Assembly: GCA_950072105.1 (NCBI GenBank)
Contig: CATMOE010000011.1
Coordinates: 1-64,000 of the forward strand
Direction of reading: 5' to 3'
DNA from: an uncultured Dehalococcoidia bacterium
GTDB taxonomy: Bacteria > Chloroflexota > Dehalococcoidia > Lucifugimonadales > UBA3495
DNA length: 64,000 nucleotides
Shown: in pieces, positions 1 through 8,926 of the stretch
How positions within the stretch are numbered: the stretch's first letter is position 1
How the letters are laid out: every line of letters begins with the position of its first letter
Translations under genes and position numbers: made by a program
The notes under the pieces: model-generated
What the model was told of the DNA's origin: nothing
Database searches by the model: none
The model's input: the letters and a program-made list of their open reading frames with translations, nothing else

Positions 1-1
1 G

Positions 2-565
2 TTTGGTCTACCCGCGGGCGCGACGATCGACGGAGCGGTCCCGGCACACGCCGTAGGGGCCGGTAACTCCACGGTTAACGCCCGGCGCATTGAACAAAGA
101 GCTGATTGGAAGTTCTCCGAATGGTTCCCCCTCGAGAATAGACAGATAGATGCCTTAGATGGAGCGGACAAACCAGGTGTCTACGATATCGGGTCGCCTG
201 TACCTATTGCGCGCCTAAACGGAGAAAGTGAGATCATCTACATAGGCCGAGCGGCGGCCCAGAAGAAGGGCGACAGAGTCACTCTCCGCGCAGCCTTGCG
301 ACGACACGTCGGGAAGGGGTCCTCTTCAGAACAATGGTCCCGCTTGATCCGCCCCGGCCAGCAACTCATTGCTAGGGTCGCGAATACGGATGACGTGTGC
401 CAGGCTCGCTATTGGGAGAAATTGAGGATGAGGTGGTTTATCGAACAGCACTGGGAACTTCCAGCTGGAAATACAAACCGCTTTCACCCGGCGACTCCGA
501 TCAACTCTCTTGAACTGGCAAGAGAATGTAGGAAGTGGCGAGAATGGGCCTACCGTATCTGTTAA
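2..565 (+). CDS. GIY-YIG-like nuclease domain protein, 5' end outside the window
   Basis: The frame of ORF 296..565 stays open back to position 2 and reads ...KPGVYDIGSPVPIARLNGESEIIYIGRA...LRAALRRH...WELPAGN, i.e. GVY/YIG motifs followed by Arg, Glu and terminal Asn positions typical of GIY-YIG. Confidence 0.6.
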   Translation, partial: FGLPAGATIDGAVPAHAVGAGNSTVNARRIEQRADWKFSEWFPLENRQIDALDGADKPGVYDIGSPVPIARLNGESEIIYIGRAAAQKKGDRVTLRAALRRHVGKGSSSEQWSRLIRPGQQLIARVANTDDVCQARYWEKLRMRWFIEQHWELPAGNTNRFHPATPINSLELARECRKWREWAYRIC

Positions 566-699
566 ACCACAAATCCCGGCAATCACCGTCCAAAGTGCCA
601 TGCTGAATTCGGTGTTGCCAAACAAGAACCCCACGGCTCACTCCAGGGGCTTGTCCAGCGATACGGCCAAGGCTGGCTTACTCCATAAACAAAGAATAA

Positions 700-717
700 C
701 CCCCTCAAGCGAGGGGG
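700..717 (-). terminator. Hairpin downstream of tRNA-Leu, probable intrinsic terminator
   Basis: CCCCCTC-AAGC-GAGGGGG stem, followed on the minus strand by T-rich TTATTCTTTGTTT. Confidence 0.5.
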
Positions 718-744
718 CTTGGTTATCAATCGGTTATCAAAAAG

Positions 745-830
745 TGGTGCCGAAGGTCAGAGTCGAACTGACACGGGGTTGCCCCCACCGGTTTTTGAGA
801 CCGGCGCGTCTACCATTCCGCCACTTCGGC
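745..830 (-). tRNA. tRNA-Leu(CAA)
   Basis: Reverse complement GCCGAAGTGGCGGAATGGTAGACGCGCCGGTCTCAAAAACCGGTGGGGGCAACCCCGTGTCAGTTCGACTCTGACCTTCGGCACCA: acceptor stem, D arm, CAA anticodon, long variable arm, GTTCGA T loop, encoded CCA. Confidence 0.97.
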
Positions 831-1300
831 ACTGGGTTATTTTATAGCTAAATCGGTCTGTTTGGTACCCCTCCCAAAACATCGTTACCTCGTTTTGCCA
901 ACATTTTGCTAACAAGCGCTTACTGAGCTCGGAGACGTACTTCAGAACAATGGGCGGCTGGCTGGTTTCAACTATCCAGTACAAGAGTTGTCTGGTGGAG
1001 ACGGGGGAGGGCGCGTTGAGGAGCCCGGCGCGAAAATTGGGTATCACTGCGGGACACCTAGCCCTGACGCGCCGGCCAGTAACCCGGGGTAAAAGCGGTC
1101 AGTACCGTGTTCTTGATCTTGAACGGGCCGCCGAACCATGGGGCGCTTTGGTAGTTAACAAGGGCTCGATATAGGTCCGTAGCTCCTCTGGGATACGTGA
1201 GCCATCATCGATGCAAGTCTTCGGTTTCCTCGTGGTGCCCTCCTATCATCAGTTTACTGGCGCCTACTAGTATCCACTTGTTAAGTTGTCGAATAGGCTC

Positions 1301-1615
1301 TTAGTCGGTCTTCCACAGCTCTCTGCCGTTGGTCACGTCTCTGGCGTTGAAGAAGAGGTCTTTCCCCACTTTCGTCAGCTCTTCAGGAAGCGAGCTGCCG
1401 AATCCGGGAATGATGTCCGTGACCAGCACAACTGGTGCGCTGGCCTGCACAAGCCCTCCGCTAAATACCACTACCATCAACACCAAGGGCAGGAGTAAAA
1501 CTAATGGCTTCAGGAACCGTCGCTTGTCGCTCGCCAGCTCGACCGTCATGGCGGGCAGGGCCGCCGCCAGCGTCACCGGGACAACCATCAGGTGTACTTT
1601 TCTGAATCGTCGCAC
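1301..1615 (-). pseudogene. Truncated ELWxxDGT-repeat secreted protein
   Basis: Signal-peptide-like hydrophobic stretch, then LVTDIIPGFGSSLPEELTKVGKDLFFNARDVTNGRELWKTD and a stop exactly where GT would follow; only one repeat remains. Confidence 0.65.
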
Positions 1616-1920
1616 AGTCTTCTCTCCTTAAGGATGTGATTGAGCAATCGTAGTTTAAACTTTATTGGACGAATAGAACTTAACAATACCCCGGCGGTAT
1701 CATCCCGACACCTACCAGATATAAAATTCCTTACAATATAAGTTAATGTAAGTTATGGAATGTCGGCGACAATACGGTAGCAGCAGCCGACTATTGGGTC
1801 AACCGCGGTCAACATCGAAAAGCACCCCTCGGTTCGGTGTTGGCCGACCCGATAAAGCCCTGGAAAAGATGGGTGTGGTTGGTTTCTTTGGCGATATAGA
1901 ACAACAGCGCCGGCCTCAGA

Positions 1921-1960
1921 TTTTGAGACCGGCGCGTCTACCATTCCGCCACTTCGGCAC
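1921..1960 (-). repeat. Exact 40-bp duplicate of the 5' half of tRNA-Leu(CAA), att-like direct repeat of 793..832
   Basis: TTTTGAGACCGGCGCGTCTACCATTCCGCCACTTCGGCAC occurs at 793..832 and 1921..1960; both copies are followed shortly by ATAGCTAAA. Confidence 0.92.
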
Positions 1961-2433
1961 GGGACTATCTAATAGCTAAAACGGGGCGTTTTCCAGTGCC
2001 GCGGGGCGTAGAAATATAACCGGCCACCGGTTCTTGGCAGCCTGGGACCGGGTAGAAAGAAGTGGCGGGCCTGGGACCCGGCGGCAAATGGCCTTAACAG
2101 GTACGTTGGTCGGTGCTTACCGCCAGCGCACGGAGTTCTCGAACAGTATCTTCGAGTTCCTCCCACAAAACATCTACCAACAAGTCGTGGTGTTCCAGAT
2201 ATTTCGGGCGTTCGGACCATCCGTCCGTATCGTTCAAAGTGTGCTGGTCTGACTTTAGATTTAATAGCAACATTGCGCTCATCCCCCGACACTCAACCGC
2301 CCCGATGGGGCTGTTTCGTAATTGAATTCGGGCTAGTATAAATCATTACGAACATAGTATTCCGAAGGGCAAATTAGCAGATTTGAAGGAATAATAGGGC
2401 GCGAAGCGAGGGCGGCGTCTCCCGCGATTTGCC

Positions 2434-2462
2434 TTGACGTGAGAACGGGCGCACCCTATAAT
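2434..2462 (+). promoter_or_regulatory. Sigma70-type promoter of the rpmH operon
   Basis: TTGACG-N17-TATAAT about 50 nt upstream of the rpmH ATG. Confidence 0.7.
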
Positions 2463-2510
2463 CCTTAAGTCAGAGCCTAATGAACCTTACCTTCGGACAA
2501 TACCTAAAAC

Positions 2511-2648
2511 ATGCCTAAACGGACTTATCAACCCAAAAAGCGCCGCCGTGCACGGGTGCACGGCTTCCGATCAAGATCCAGCACGTCTGATGGCCGGGCC
2601 ATATTGAAGCGGCGACGGTTCAAGGGCCGTCACAATCTCACCGTATAA
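2511..2648 (+). CDS. rpmH: 50S ribosomal protein L34
   Basis: Manual translation [45 protein letters not shown] (too short for the ORF track); directly upstream of rnpA. Confidence 0.96.
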   Translation: MPKRTYQPKKRRRARVHGFRSRSSTSDGRAILKRRRFKGRHNLTV

Positions 2649-2664
2649 CCAGTTAGTTCTGGTG

Positions 2665-3042
2665 ATGCAACGCAGACATCGCCTTACAGCAAGCAAACAG
2701 TTTTCTCAGATCCATCGAGAGGGCCTAAGCATAGCGAACCGTTTCCTGGTGGTTCGGGTCCTTTCCAATGGACTTGATTACAGCCGTTTCGGCTTTCTGG
2801 TCAGTAAGCGTATCGGGAATGCGGTGGTGAGAAACCGGGTGAAACGCAGACTGCGAGAAGTGGTCCGGCTCACGCCGGTGAAACCGGGATGGGATGCCGT
2901 ATTGATCGCCCGCCGTGACATTAACCGGGCAAATTTCCAGGAGCTCCAGCAGGCAACGGAAAACCTGTTGCGGCGCTCACACTTAGTGGCGGATGAAGAG
3001 TTGGCGGTAAGCGCCGCACCTGCCACGGAGTCCACTGGATGA
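2665..3042 (+). CDS. rnpA: Ribonuclease P protein component
   Basis: RFGFLVSKRIGNAVVRNRVKRRLRE RNR motif; synteny. Confidence 0.96.
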   Translation: MQRRHRLTASKQFSQIHREGLSIANRFLVVRVLSNGLDYSRFGFLVSKRIGNAVVRNRVKRRLREVVRLTPVKPGWDAVLIARRDINRANFQELQQATENLLRRSHLVADEELAVSAAPATESTG

Positions 3043-3248
3043 AACGTGCTGTGATAATGGCCATTGGGTTGTACCAAGGAGTGTTGTCGCCATATCTACC
3101 ATCGGCTTGCCGCTATTTACCCACGTGTTCTCACTATTCCCAAGAGGCGGTCCAGCAATACGGAACGGTCAAAGGAATCTGGCTCGGCCTGAAACGACTG
3201 GCCCGGTGCCACCCTTGGGGTGGAAAAGGTTTCGACCCTGTACCATGA
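3039..3248 (+). CDS. yidD: Membrane protein insertion efficiency factor
   Basis: CRYLPTCSHY...RLARCHPWGGKGFDPVP signature. Confidence 0.95.
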   Translation: MKRAVIMAIGLYQGVLSPYLPSACRYLPTCSHYSQEAVQQYGTVKGIWLGLKRLARCHPWGGKGFDPVP

Positions 3249-3272
3249 ATTTTTCGGCTTGATTTTCACTGA

Positions 3273-4556
3273 TTGTTGTCTTCAATTATTTTGCTCCTAA
3301 AATCCATCTCCGGTTACGTTACATCTCTTCGGCATCCAGCCGTGGCGCCCGGTCTGACGCTCAATTTCGGCGATCGGAACCGGGTTAGCTTACCTGTGCC
3401 GGCTCTTCTGCTTATGGCTGCGGCTCTTCTTCTTCTTTTGGGTTGCACGCCGGGAAGATTCAGCCAGATCGGGAACGGTTGGTCCCCGGCGTCAGGTCTG
3501 GACGGGTTTGTTTACGTGGGGACTAAGCAGGGCACCGTCCAAGCCTTGACGGACAACGGATTTGAAGGATATAAGCCGTTGTGGACTTTCCCTCCTAACC
3601 GCGACGAAGATTCCAAAGACGGGGATTCACTTTTCGGCGTTTACGGTAGCCCGGTGGTCGGAGAAGACTTGGTCTACGTTAGCGCCATAAACGGCGTTCT
3701 TTACGCCATAGACCGGGAAACTGGGACGATCGGCTCCACCGGTTGGAAGCAGCCTCGGGGGCAAGCTGAAGATGATCGGCCTACCTTGGTGGCAGGGCCG
3801 GCATTGGACCTCGAAAGCAACGTCGTGGTGGTTGGCTCCGAAGACGGCGGCCTATACGCCTTTGACGCGAAGACCGGTGAACCTCGGGACGGGTTCCCCT
3901 TCAGAGCAGAGGACAAGATATGGTCTACACCGGTGATTCAAGACGGTGTGATTTACTTTGGGTCCCATGACAAGCACGTCTATGCGGTTTCTTTAGCCGA
4001 CGGGACACTGAAGTGGAAGTTCCTCACCGGAGGCGTCGTGGCAGGCCGCCCCCTTTTGTTCCGCGATATGGTGATAGCCGGATCCTTCGATAAGAAGTTG
4101 TATGCGATCAATATCAAAGACGGCAGCAAGGTCTGGGAATTCCTGGGCGAAAATTGGTTTTGGGCCGGGGCCGTCGCCAACGGGCGGACGATCTTCGCCC
4201 CATCGATGGATGGCAACGTTTACGCTCTAGACCGGGGTGGCAACCTGTCTTGGAAATACGACCTGGAATCACCTATAGTCTCCCGCCCGGTGCTGGTTCC
4301 ACGGGGACTGGTGGTGGCGGCGAGGTATGGCAAGATCAGTCTGCTGGACACTTCATTGAACGACATGGGGTTGCAACGGTCGCGAAATCCCCTTTCCCTC
4401 AGGGGAGACCCTGAGATTCTTGCCCCACTGTCAGTTCTGGATGAATCCGTGTTCGTGGCAGCGGAAGATAATACCGTCCGGCGGATAGAAGTCAGAGCGG
4501 GTCTGGCGCCTATGTGGTGTTTTGATACAGAATCTGAGAACGGTCAATGCAGCTAA
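3273..4556 (+). CDS. PQQ-type beta-propeller repeat lipoprotein (BamB-like fold); start uncertain
   Basis: Repeated VYxGSxDGxLYAxDxxTG...W blades; LLLLGC lipobox-like segment. Confidence 0.85.
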   Translation: MLSSIILLLKSISGYVTSLRHPAVAPGLTLNFGDRNRVSLPVPALLLMAAALLLLLGCTPGRFSQIGNGWSPASGLDGFVYVGTKQGTVQALTDNGFEGYKPLWTFPPNRDEDSKDGDSLFGVYGSPVVGEDLVYVSAINGVLYAIDRETGTIGSTGWKQPRGQAEDDRPTLVAGPALDLESNVVVVGSEDGGLYAFDAKTGEPRDGFPFRAEDKIWSTPVIQDGVIYFGSHDKHVYAVSLADGTLKWKFLTGGVVAGRPLLFRDMVIAGSFDKKLYAINIKDGSKVWEFLGENWFWAGAVANGRTIFAPSMDGNVYALDRGGNLSWKYDLESPIVSRPVLVPRGLVVAARYGKISLLDTSLNDMGLQRSRNPLSLRGDPEILAPLSVLDESVFVAAEDNTVRRIEVRAGLAPMWCFDTESENGQCS

Positions 4557-4607
4557 CCAGTCGACTGCCCGTCAACCGGGCATTCAACCGGCGTCAAGGG
4601 TAGGGCT

Positions 4608-5537
4608 TTGGAATTCGTCGTAGTCCTCTGGAACGAAGTTATCATCCGGCCCATGCTCAATACCTTGTTGGTGTTTTACGTGATCAGTTTCCAGCACATG
4701 GGAATTGCCATCATTCTCTTTACCGTATTAGTCAGAGCGGCCACCATGCCCTTGACTCTGAAGCAGATCAGGCAGATGCGGGTTATGAGCACCCTGCAGC
4801 CCAAGATGAAGGAAATTCAGGCGCGTTACAGCGGGGACCGGTCCCGAGCTTCCCAGGAAACCATGCGTCTGTATCGAGAGGCCGGGGTCAACCCTATAGG
4901 CTGCCTGGGGCCTCTGGTAGTTCAGATGCCCATTCTGATCGGTTTGTTCCGGGTATTGATACAGACGCTGTTCTCCAAGCCGGGAGACCTGATCGGACTT
5001 TCCGAGAAATTGTATACCTGGATCCCGGTGTTCCCGATATACGCGGTAGTCCCTCTCAACGCCAGTTTCCTGGGCATATTAGACCTGGCCGAACCGGACC
5101 CAACCCGGGTGATAATTCCAGCATTGGTGTTTGTGTCCACTTGGGTGCAGCAAAAATTAACGGTCAGCCCATCCACCGATCCAAAGCAGCAGTCAAACCA
5201 GACGATGATGCTCTGGATGATGCCGATAATGATTGCTTTCTTTTCCCTCCAATTTCCCAGCGGCTTGTCGATGTACTGGATAGTATCAAACGTCATCGGT
5301 GTCGCCGTGCAATACTTAGTAACACCCAAGGGTCAGCTTCCTCCTCTATTTCCGCTATTCCCCAAGCCGGAGGCGCCCCCGCCCTCGGCACGCTCGGAGG
5401 AAGCTGATCCTCAGAAGGAGACGCGAGAAAATGGAAGTACGCGTAATGACGGCACGAACCGTCGAAGAAGCAATAGAACTAGCGCTCAAAGAGCTAGACG
5501 CCGACCGAGACGAGGCCGAGGTAGAAATACTAAGTAG
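4608..5537 (+). CDS. yidC: YidC/Oxa1 membrane protein insertase
   Basis: GIAIILFTVLVR, LQPKMKEIQ, GVNPIGCLGP, FPSGLSMYWIVSN motifs. Confidence 0.95.
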   Translation: MEFVVVLWNEVIIRPMLNTLLVFYVISFQHMGIAIILFTVLVRAATMPLTLKQIRQMRVMSTLQPKMKEIQARYSGDRSRASQETMRLYREAGVNPIGCLGPLVVQMPILIGLFRVLIQTLFSKPGDLIGLSEKLYTWIPVFPIYAVVPLNASFLGILDLAEPDPTRVIIPALVFVSTWVQQKLTVSPSTDPKQQSNQTMMLWMMPIMIAFFSLQFPSGLSMYWIVSNVIGVAVQYLVTPKGQLPPLFPLFPKPEAPPPSARSEEADPQKETRENGSTRNDGTNRRRSNRTSAQRARRRPRRGRGRNTK

Positions 5538-6087
5538 GGGCAAGTCGGGATTTCTCGGCATTGGCGGCGAACCGGCCCGGGTTCGAGTCACCAAAATAGC
5601 CGTAACCCAAGGAGGCTCAGCCGGCGCTGCCGCCGTCGCTTCTGAGACGGTAGGCCGGATCTTGCAGGCTGCCCAGGTCAACGTCACCCGGACGGTCCGG
5701 TCTGCCAACGACCCCGAAACCGGTGGCCCCATAATCGACCTGGAAGGCGAAGATTCGGGTTTGTTGATCGGCCGCCGCGGCCAAACCCTGCAAGCCCTAC
5801 AATTCCTGGTCAACTTGATCGTGCGCAATCAGTATGGCGAGGGAGTCCGGGTGGTCTTGGACGTTGAGCGTTATCGCCAACGGCGGGAAAACTCTTTGCG
5901 GGACATGGCTACTAAAGTGGCTTCCAGAGTAGTTCAAAGCAACCGGGCCGTAGCATTGGAGCCGATGTCACCCGCCGACCGGCGCATCGTCCACACGGCT
6001 TTGACGGACTACCCCGGTGTTATCACCGAGAGCACGGGAATGGGCGACGACCGGAAGGTAAACATCATACCCAAACCAAACGAGTAG
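5431..6087 (+). CDS. jag: RNA-binding protein Jag/EloR/KhpB
   Basis: Jag_N (TVEEAIELAL...GKSGFLGIG), KH (LLIGRRGQTLQALQ), R3H (RRIVH). Confidence 0.95.
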   Translation: MEVRVMTARTVEEAIELALKELDADRDEAEVEILSRGKSGFLGIGGEPARVRVTKIAVTQGGSAGAAAVASETVGRILQAAQVNVTRTVRSANDPETGGPIIDLEGEDSGLLIGRRGQTLQALQFLVNLIVRNQYGEGVRVVLDVERYRQRRENSLRDMATKVASRVVQSNRAVALEPMSPADRRIVHTALTDYPGVITESTGMGDDRKVNIIPKPNE

Positions 6088-6163
6088 GAGATCCGATTCA
6101 CAGAAGTTTAGGTGGGGAGGGGACATAGTTGACCTTAATCCAAAAGAAACCTAGAATTACCCT

Positions 6164-7630
6164 GTGAATAGAGAGTTTGAGTCTCCAAGGCTCAACGACC
6201 CCTTAGACACCCCCAATGAAGAATGTGGGGTAGTTGGGGTATACGCTCCAGGCGCCGAAGCTAGCCGCCTGGCTTTCTTCGGCTTATTCGCCCTACAGCA
6301 CCGCGGCCAGGAGAGTGCTGGAATCGCAGCATCCAACGGCGAGACCCTCAACGTCCACGCCGAAATGGGCCTGGTCACTCAGATATTCCGCGAGCCGGAT
6401 TTTTATCCTCTTGCCGGCGAACGGGCGATCGGCCACACCCGCTACTCCACCACTGGAAGCAGCCTCCTTTGCAACGCCCAACCCATGATTGTCGAAGGGT
6501 ATCAAGGCCGGTTGGCCTTGGCGAACAACGGCAACATCATCAACTGTGCCCAGTTGCAAGCCCAACAGAAGAAGGACTGGAACTGTACCTTCGAATCCAC
6601 TACGGATACCGAAGTGATGGCCTACATGCTGGCTAACGCTTCCGGAGCCGACTGGGAAGAGCGGCTGTTTTATTGCATGCGCCAGTTGGAGGGTGCGTAT
6701 TCCTTGGTCGCCCTTACTGAGGACACGTTGATGGCTGCCCGGGATCCTTTGGGTATCCGGCCGTTGTGCATCGGCAAGCTGGACGGCGGCTGGATAATTG
6801 CGTCTGAGAGCTGCGCCCTTGACCACCTAGGCGCCACATACATGAGAGAGTTGGAGCCCGGCGAGGTTGTCATAATCGACCCACAGGGTTTTCGCTCTTC
6901 CGTATGGTCCGGCGCCACCGGCCGCCGCGCCCTTTGCGTGTTTGAGCTTATCTATTTTGCCCGGCCCGACAGCCTGTTGGACAATAAACTTGTCCACTCG
7001 GTAAGGCAAGAACTAGGCGCCCAATTGGCCCGAGAGCATCCGGTGGAGGCCGACCTGGTTATCGGTATCCCGGACTCGTCAACCGCGGCGGCGGTGGGCT
7101 ACGCCAGGGAGTCCGGTATTCCGTTCAGTGAAGGCTTGGTAAAGAACCGCTACGTCGGCCGGACTTTTATCGAACCCGAGCAGCGGATGCGAGACCTGGG
7201 CGTGAGGCAAAAATTCAATCCCCTGACCGAGGTCATCGTCGGCCAGAGGATCGTCGTGGTCGATGACAGCATCGTCCGCGGCACCACCACACCCCATGTG
7301 GTCGGGCTTCTGCGCAAGGCCGGGGCCGCCGAGATTCACATGCGGGTATGCGCTCCGCCGATAAAGCACCCCTGTTTCATGGGAGTGGACATGGCCACCC
7401 GTCAGGAATTGATCGCGGCCAACCAGACCGTGGACGAGATACGTAAATTTATCGACGCCGACACTCTAGGCTACCTGGACGTCAAAGGACTGATGAAAGT
7501 GGTCGGCGGCACCAATGGCGGGTACTGCGACGCCTGCTTCACAGGTAACTATCCGGTACCGGTTCAACTTGAGTTGACCAAACTGGTCTTGGAGGAGCCG
7601 CCGGCGGAGCTTGAGATCCTCTCCGATTGA
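6164..7630 (+). CDS. purF: Amidophosphoribosyltransferase
   Basis: EECGVVG, LQHRGQESAGI, GHTRYSTTG, VVDDSIVRGTT; Fe-S cysteines YCDACF. Confidence 0.97.
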   Translation: MNREFESPRLNDPLDTPNEECGVVGVYAPGAEASRLAFFGLFALQHRGQESAGIAASNGETLNVHAEMGLVTQIFREPDFYPLAGERAIGHTRYSTTGSSLLCNAQPMIVEGYQGRLALANNGNIINCAQLQAQQKKDWNCTFESTTDTEVMAYMLANASGADWEERLFYCMRQLEGAYSLVALTEDTLMAARDPLGIRPLCIGKLDGGWIIASESCALDHLGATYMRELEPGEVVIIDPQGFRSSVWSGATGRRALCVFELIYFARPDSLLDNKLVHSVRQELGAQLAREHPVEADLVIGIPDSSTAAAVGYARESGIPFSEGLVKNRYVGRTFIEPEQRMRDLGVRQKFNPLTEVIVGQRIVVVDDSIVRGTTTPHVVGLLRKAGAAEIHMRVCAPPIKHPCFMGVDMATRQELIAANQTVDEIRKFIDADTLGYLDVKGLMKVVGGTNGGYCDACFTGNYPVPVQLELTKLVLEEPPAELEILSD

Positions 7631-7798
7631 CGCCCACTTGGGGCATTTAATCTCCGGGCGTCTCATCCCGTACGGCCGTTGTCCCGAAACCGGACCCAGC
7701 ATAGACTCCCTCTTGCCATGCGGGTCCGGCTGCTTTAACCTTTTAGTGCGGGGCGGCAGTCCCACCCAATGTGGACGGCCCAGGGGAGGAGTAGCCAG

Positions 7799-8821
7799 TT
7801 GACCAGTCAGGCTTACCGCTCGTCCGGCGTGAATCTGGATGAGATGGACGCCCTGAAAGAACGGATAAAGGCCTTTGCCTCGGCGACTCATGGACCCGAA
7901 GTCCTAAACCCAGAGGGTGGATTCGCCGGCCTGTTCCGGCTCAGGGGCTATCGACAACCCGTGCTGGTGGCCAGCACCGACGGCGTGGGGACGAAGATCA
8001 AGATCGCCGCTCAAATGGGGCACTACGAGTCCATAGGCCAGGACCTGGTCACCCTCAACGTCAACGATATTTTGGCCCGTGGGGCCAAACCCCTCTTTTT
8101 CCTGGACTACATCTCCTTTACCACCCTGGACGAGCAAGTGATGGATACTTTGCTTCGCGGCATCGTGTGGGGTTGCCGCGAGGTGGGATGCGCCCTCATC
8201 GGCGGAGAAACCGCCCAGATGCCCGGACCGGACGGGTCGGACCATTTGGAGTTGGTGGGGTTTGTCGTCGGCGCGGCGGAGCCGGACGGGTTGATGGATG
8301 GGTCCAACATCCAGCCCGACGACTGCTTGGTCGGCTTCCCTTCCAGTGGCTTACATACCAACGGCTTCTCGTTGGTGCGTAGCGTATTCGACATTGATGA
8401 CAACCCTTCGGTCCTTTTCCGCCGGTTTGATGAGTTACGGCACACCCTGGGTGAGGAACTGCTGATCCGGCACCGTTGTTATCATCCGATGCTGGAGCCG
8501 GTGCTAAAATCGTTCAAAGGATTGGCCCACATTACCGGAGGGGGACTACCAGGTAAGATGCCGGCCATCCTACCCGAACATTTGGCCGCCGAATTCCGCC
8601 CGGAGACCTGGACGGCCCCGGCCATATTCGGGATTATCCAAAGAGAAGGGAATATAAGCACAGACGAGATGTACCGGGTGTTTAACATGGGGCTAGGGAT
8701 GGTGGCAGTCTGCGCCGAGGAAGCCCTTGAGGCGATCACCGATAAGATACCCGACGCCCGCGTGGTGGGCCGCATCATCCAGAGAGACGACGGTCCCCAG
8801 GTGGCCATACTCGATGGCTAG
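7799..8821 (+). CDS. purM: AIR synthetase
   Basis: STDGVGTK, GAKPLFFLDY, GGETAQMPG, SSGLHTNG, HITGGG; TTG start after GGAGG. Confidence 0.96.
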   Translation: MTSQAYRSSGVNLDEMDALKERIKAFASATHGPEVLNPEGGFAGLFRLRGYRQPVLVASTDGVGTKIKIAAQMGHYESIGQDLVTLNVNDILARGAKPLFFLDYISFTTLDEQVMDTLLRGIVWGCREVGCALIGGETAQMPGPDGSDHLELVGFVVGAAEPDGLMDGSNIQPDDCLVGFPSSGLHTNGFSLVRSVFDIDDNPSVLFRRFDELRHTLGEELLIRHRCYHPMLEPVLKSFKGLAHITGGGLPGKMPAILPEHLAAEFRPETWTAPAIFGIIQREGNISTDEMYRVFNMGLGMVAVCAEEALEAITDKIPDARVVGRIIQRDDGPQVAILDG

Positions 8822-8926
8822 ATCGGCCATCCCGGTCTGGGCAACTGTTCAAAAAGTCAAACGGCCAACGGTCAGGGTGCATACCACCAACCTGTAGGGT
8901 GGAATCGAAGTGAGGCGGTCAAGCGG

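Noticed and set aside
757..1174. Integrase remnant next to the tRNA
   Set aside because: No R-H-R-H-Y catalytic motifs in the listed translations.
1990..2430. oriC/dnaA expected upstream of rpmH; short ORF 2094..2282
   Set aside because: No dnaA and no cluster of TTATCCACA boxes; the ORF has no recognisable motif or support.
8822..8926. Possible ZMP/ZTP riboswitch upstream of purH
   Set aside because: Only a CTGGGC-like fragment is present; the GACTGGCG...GTGG...CCAC core is not seen.
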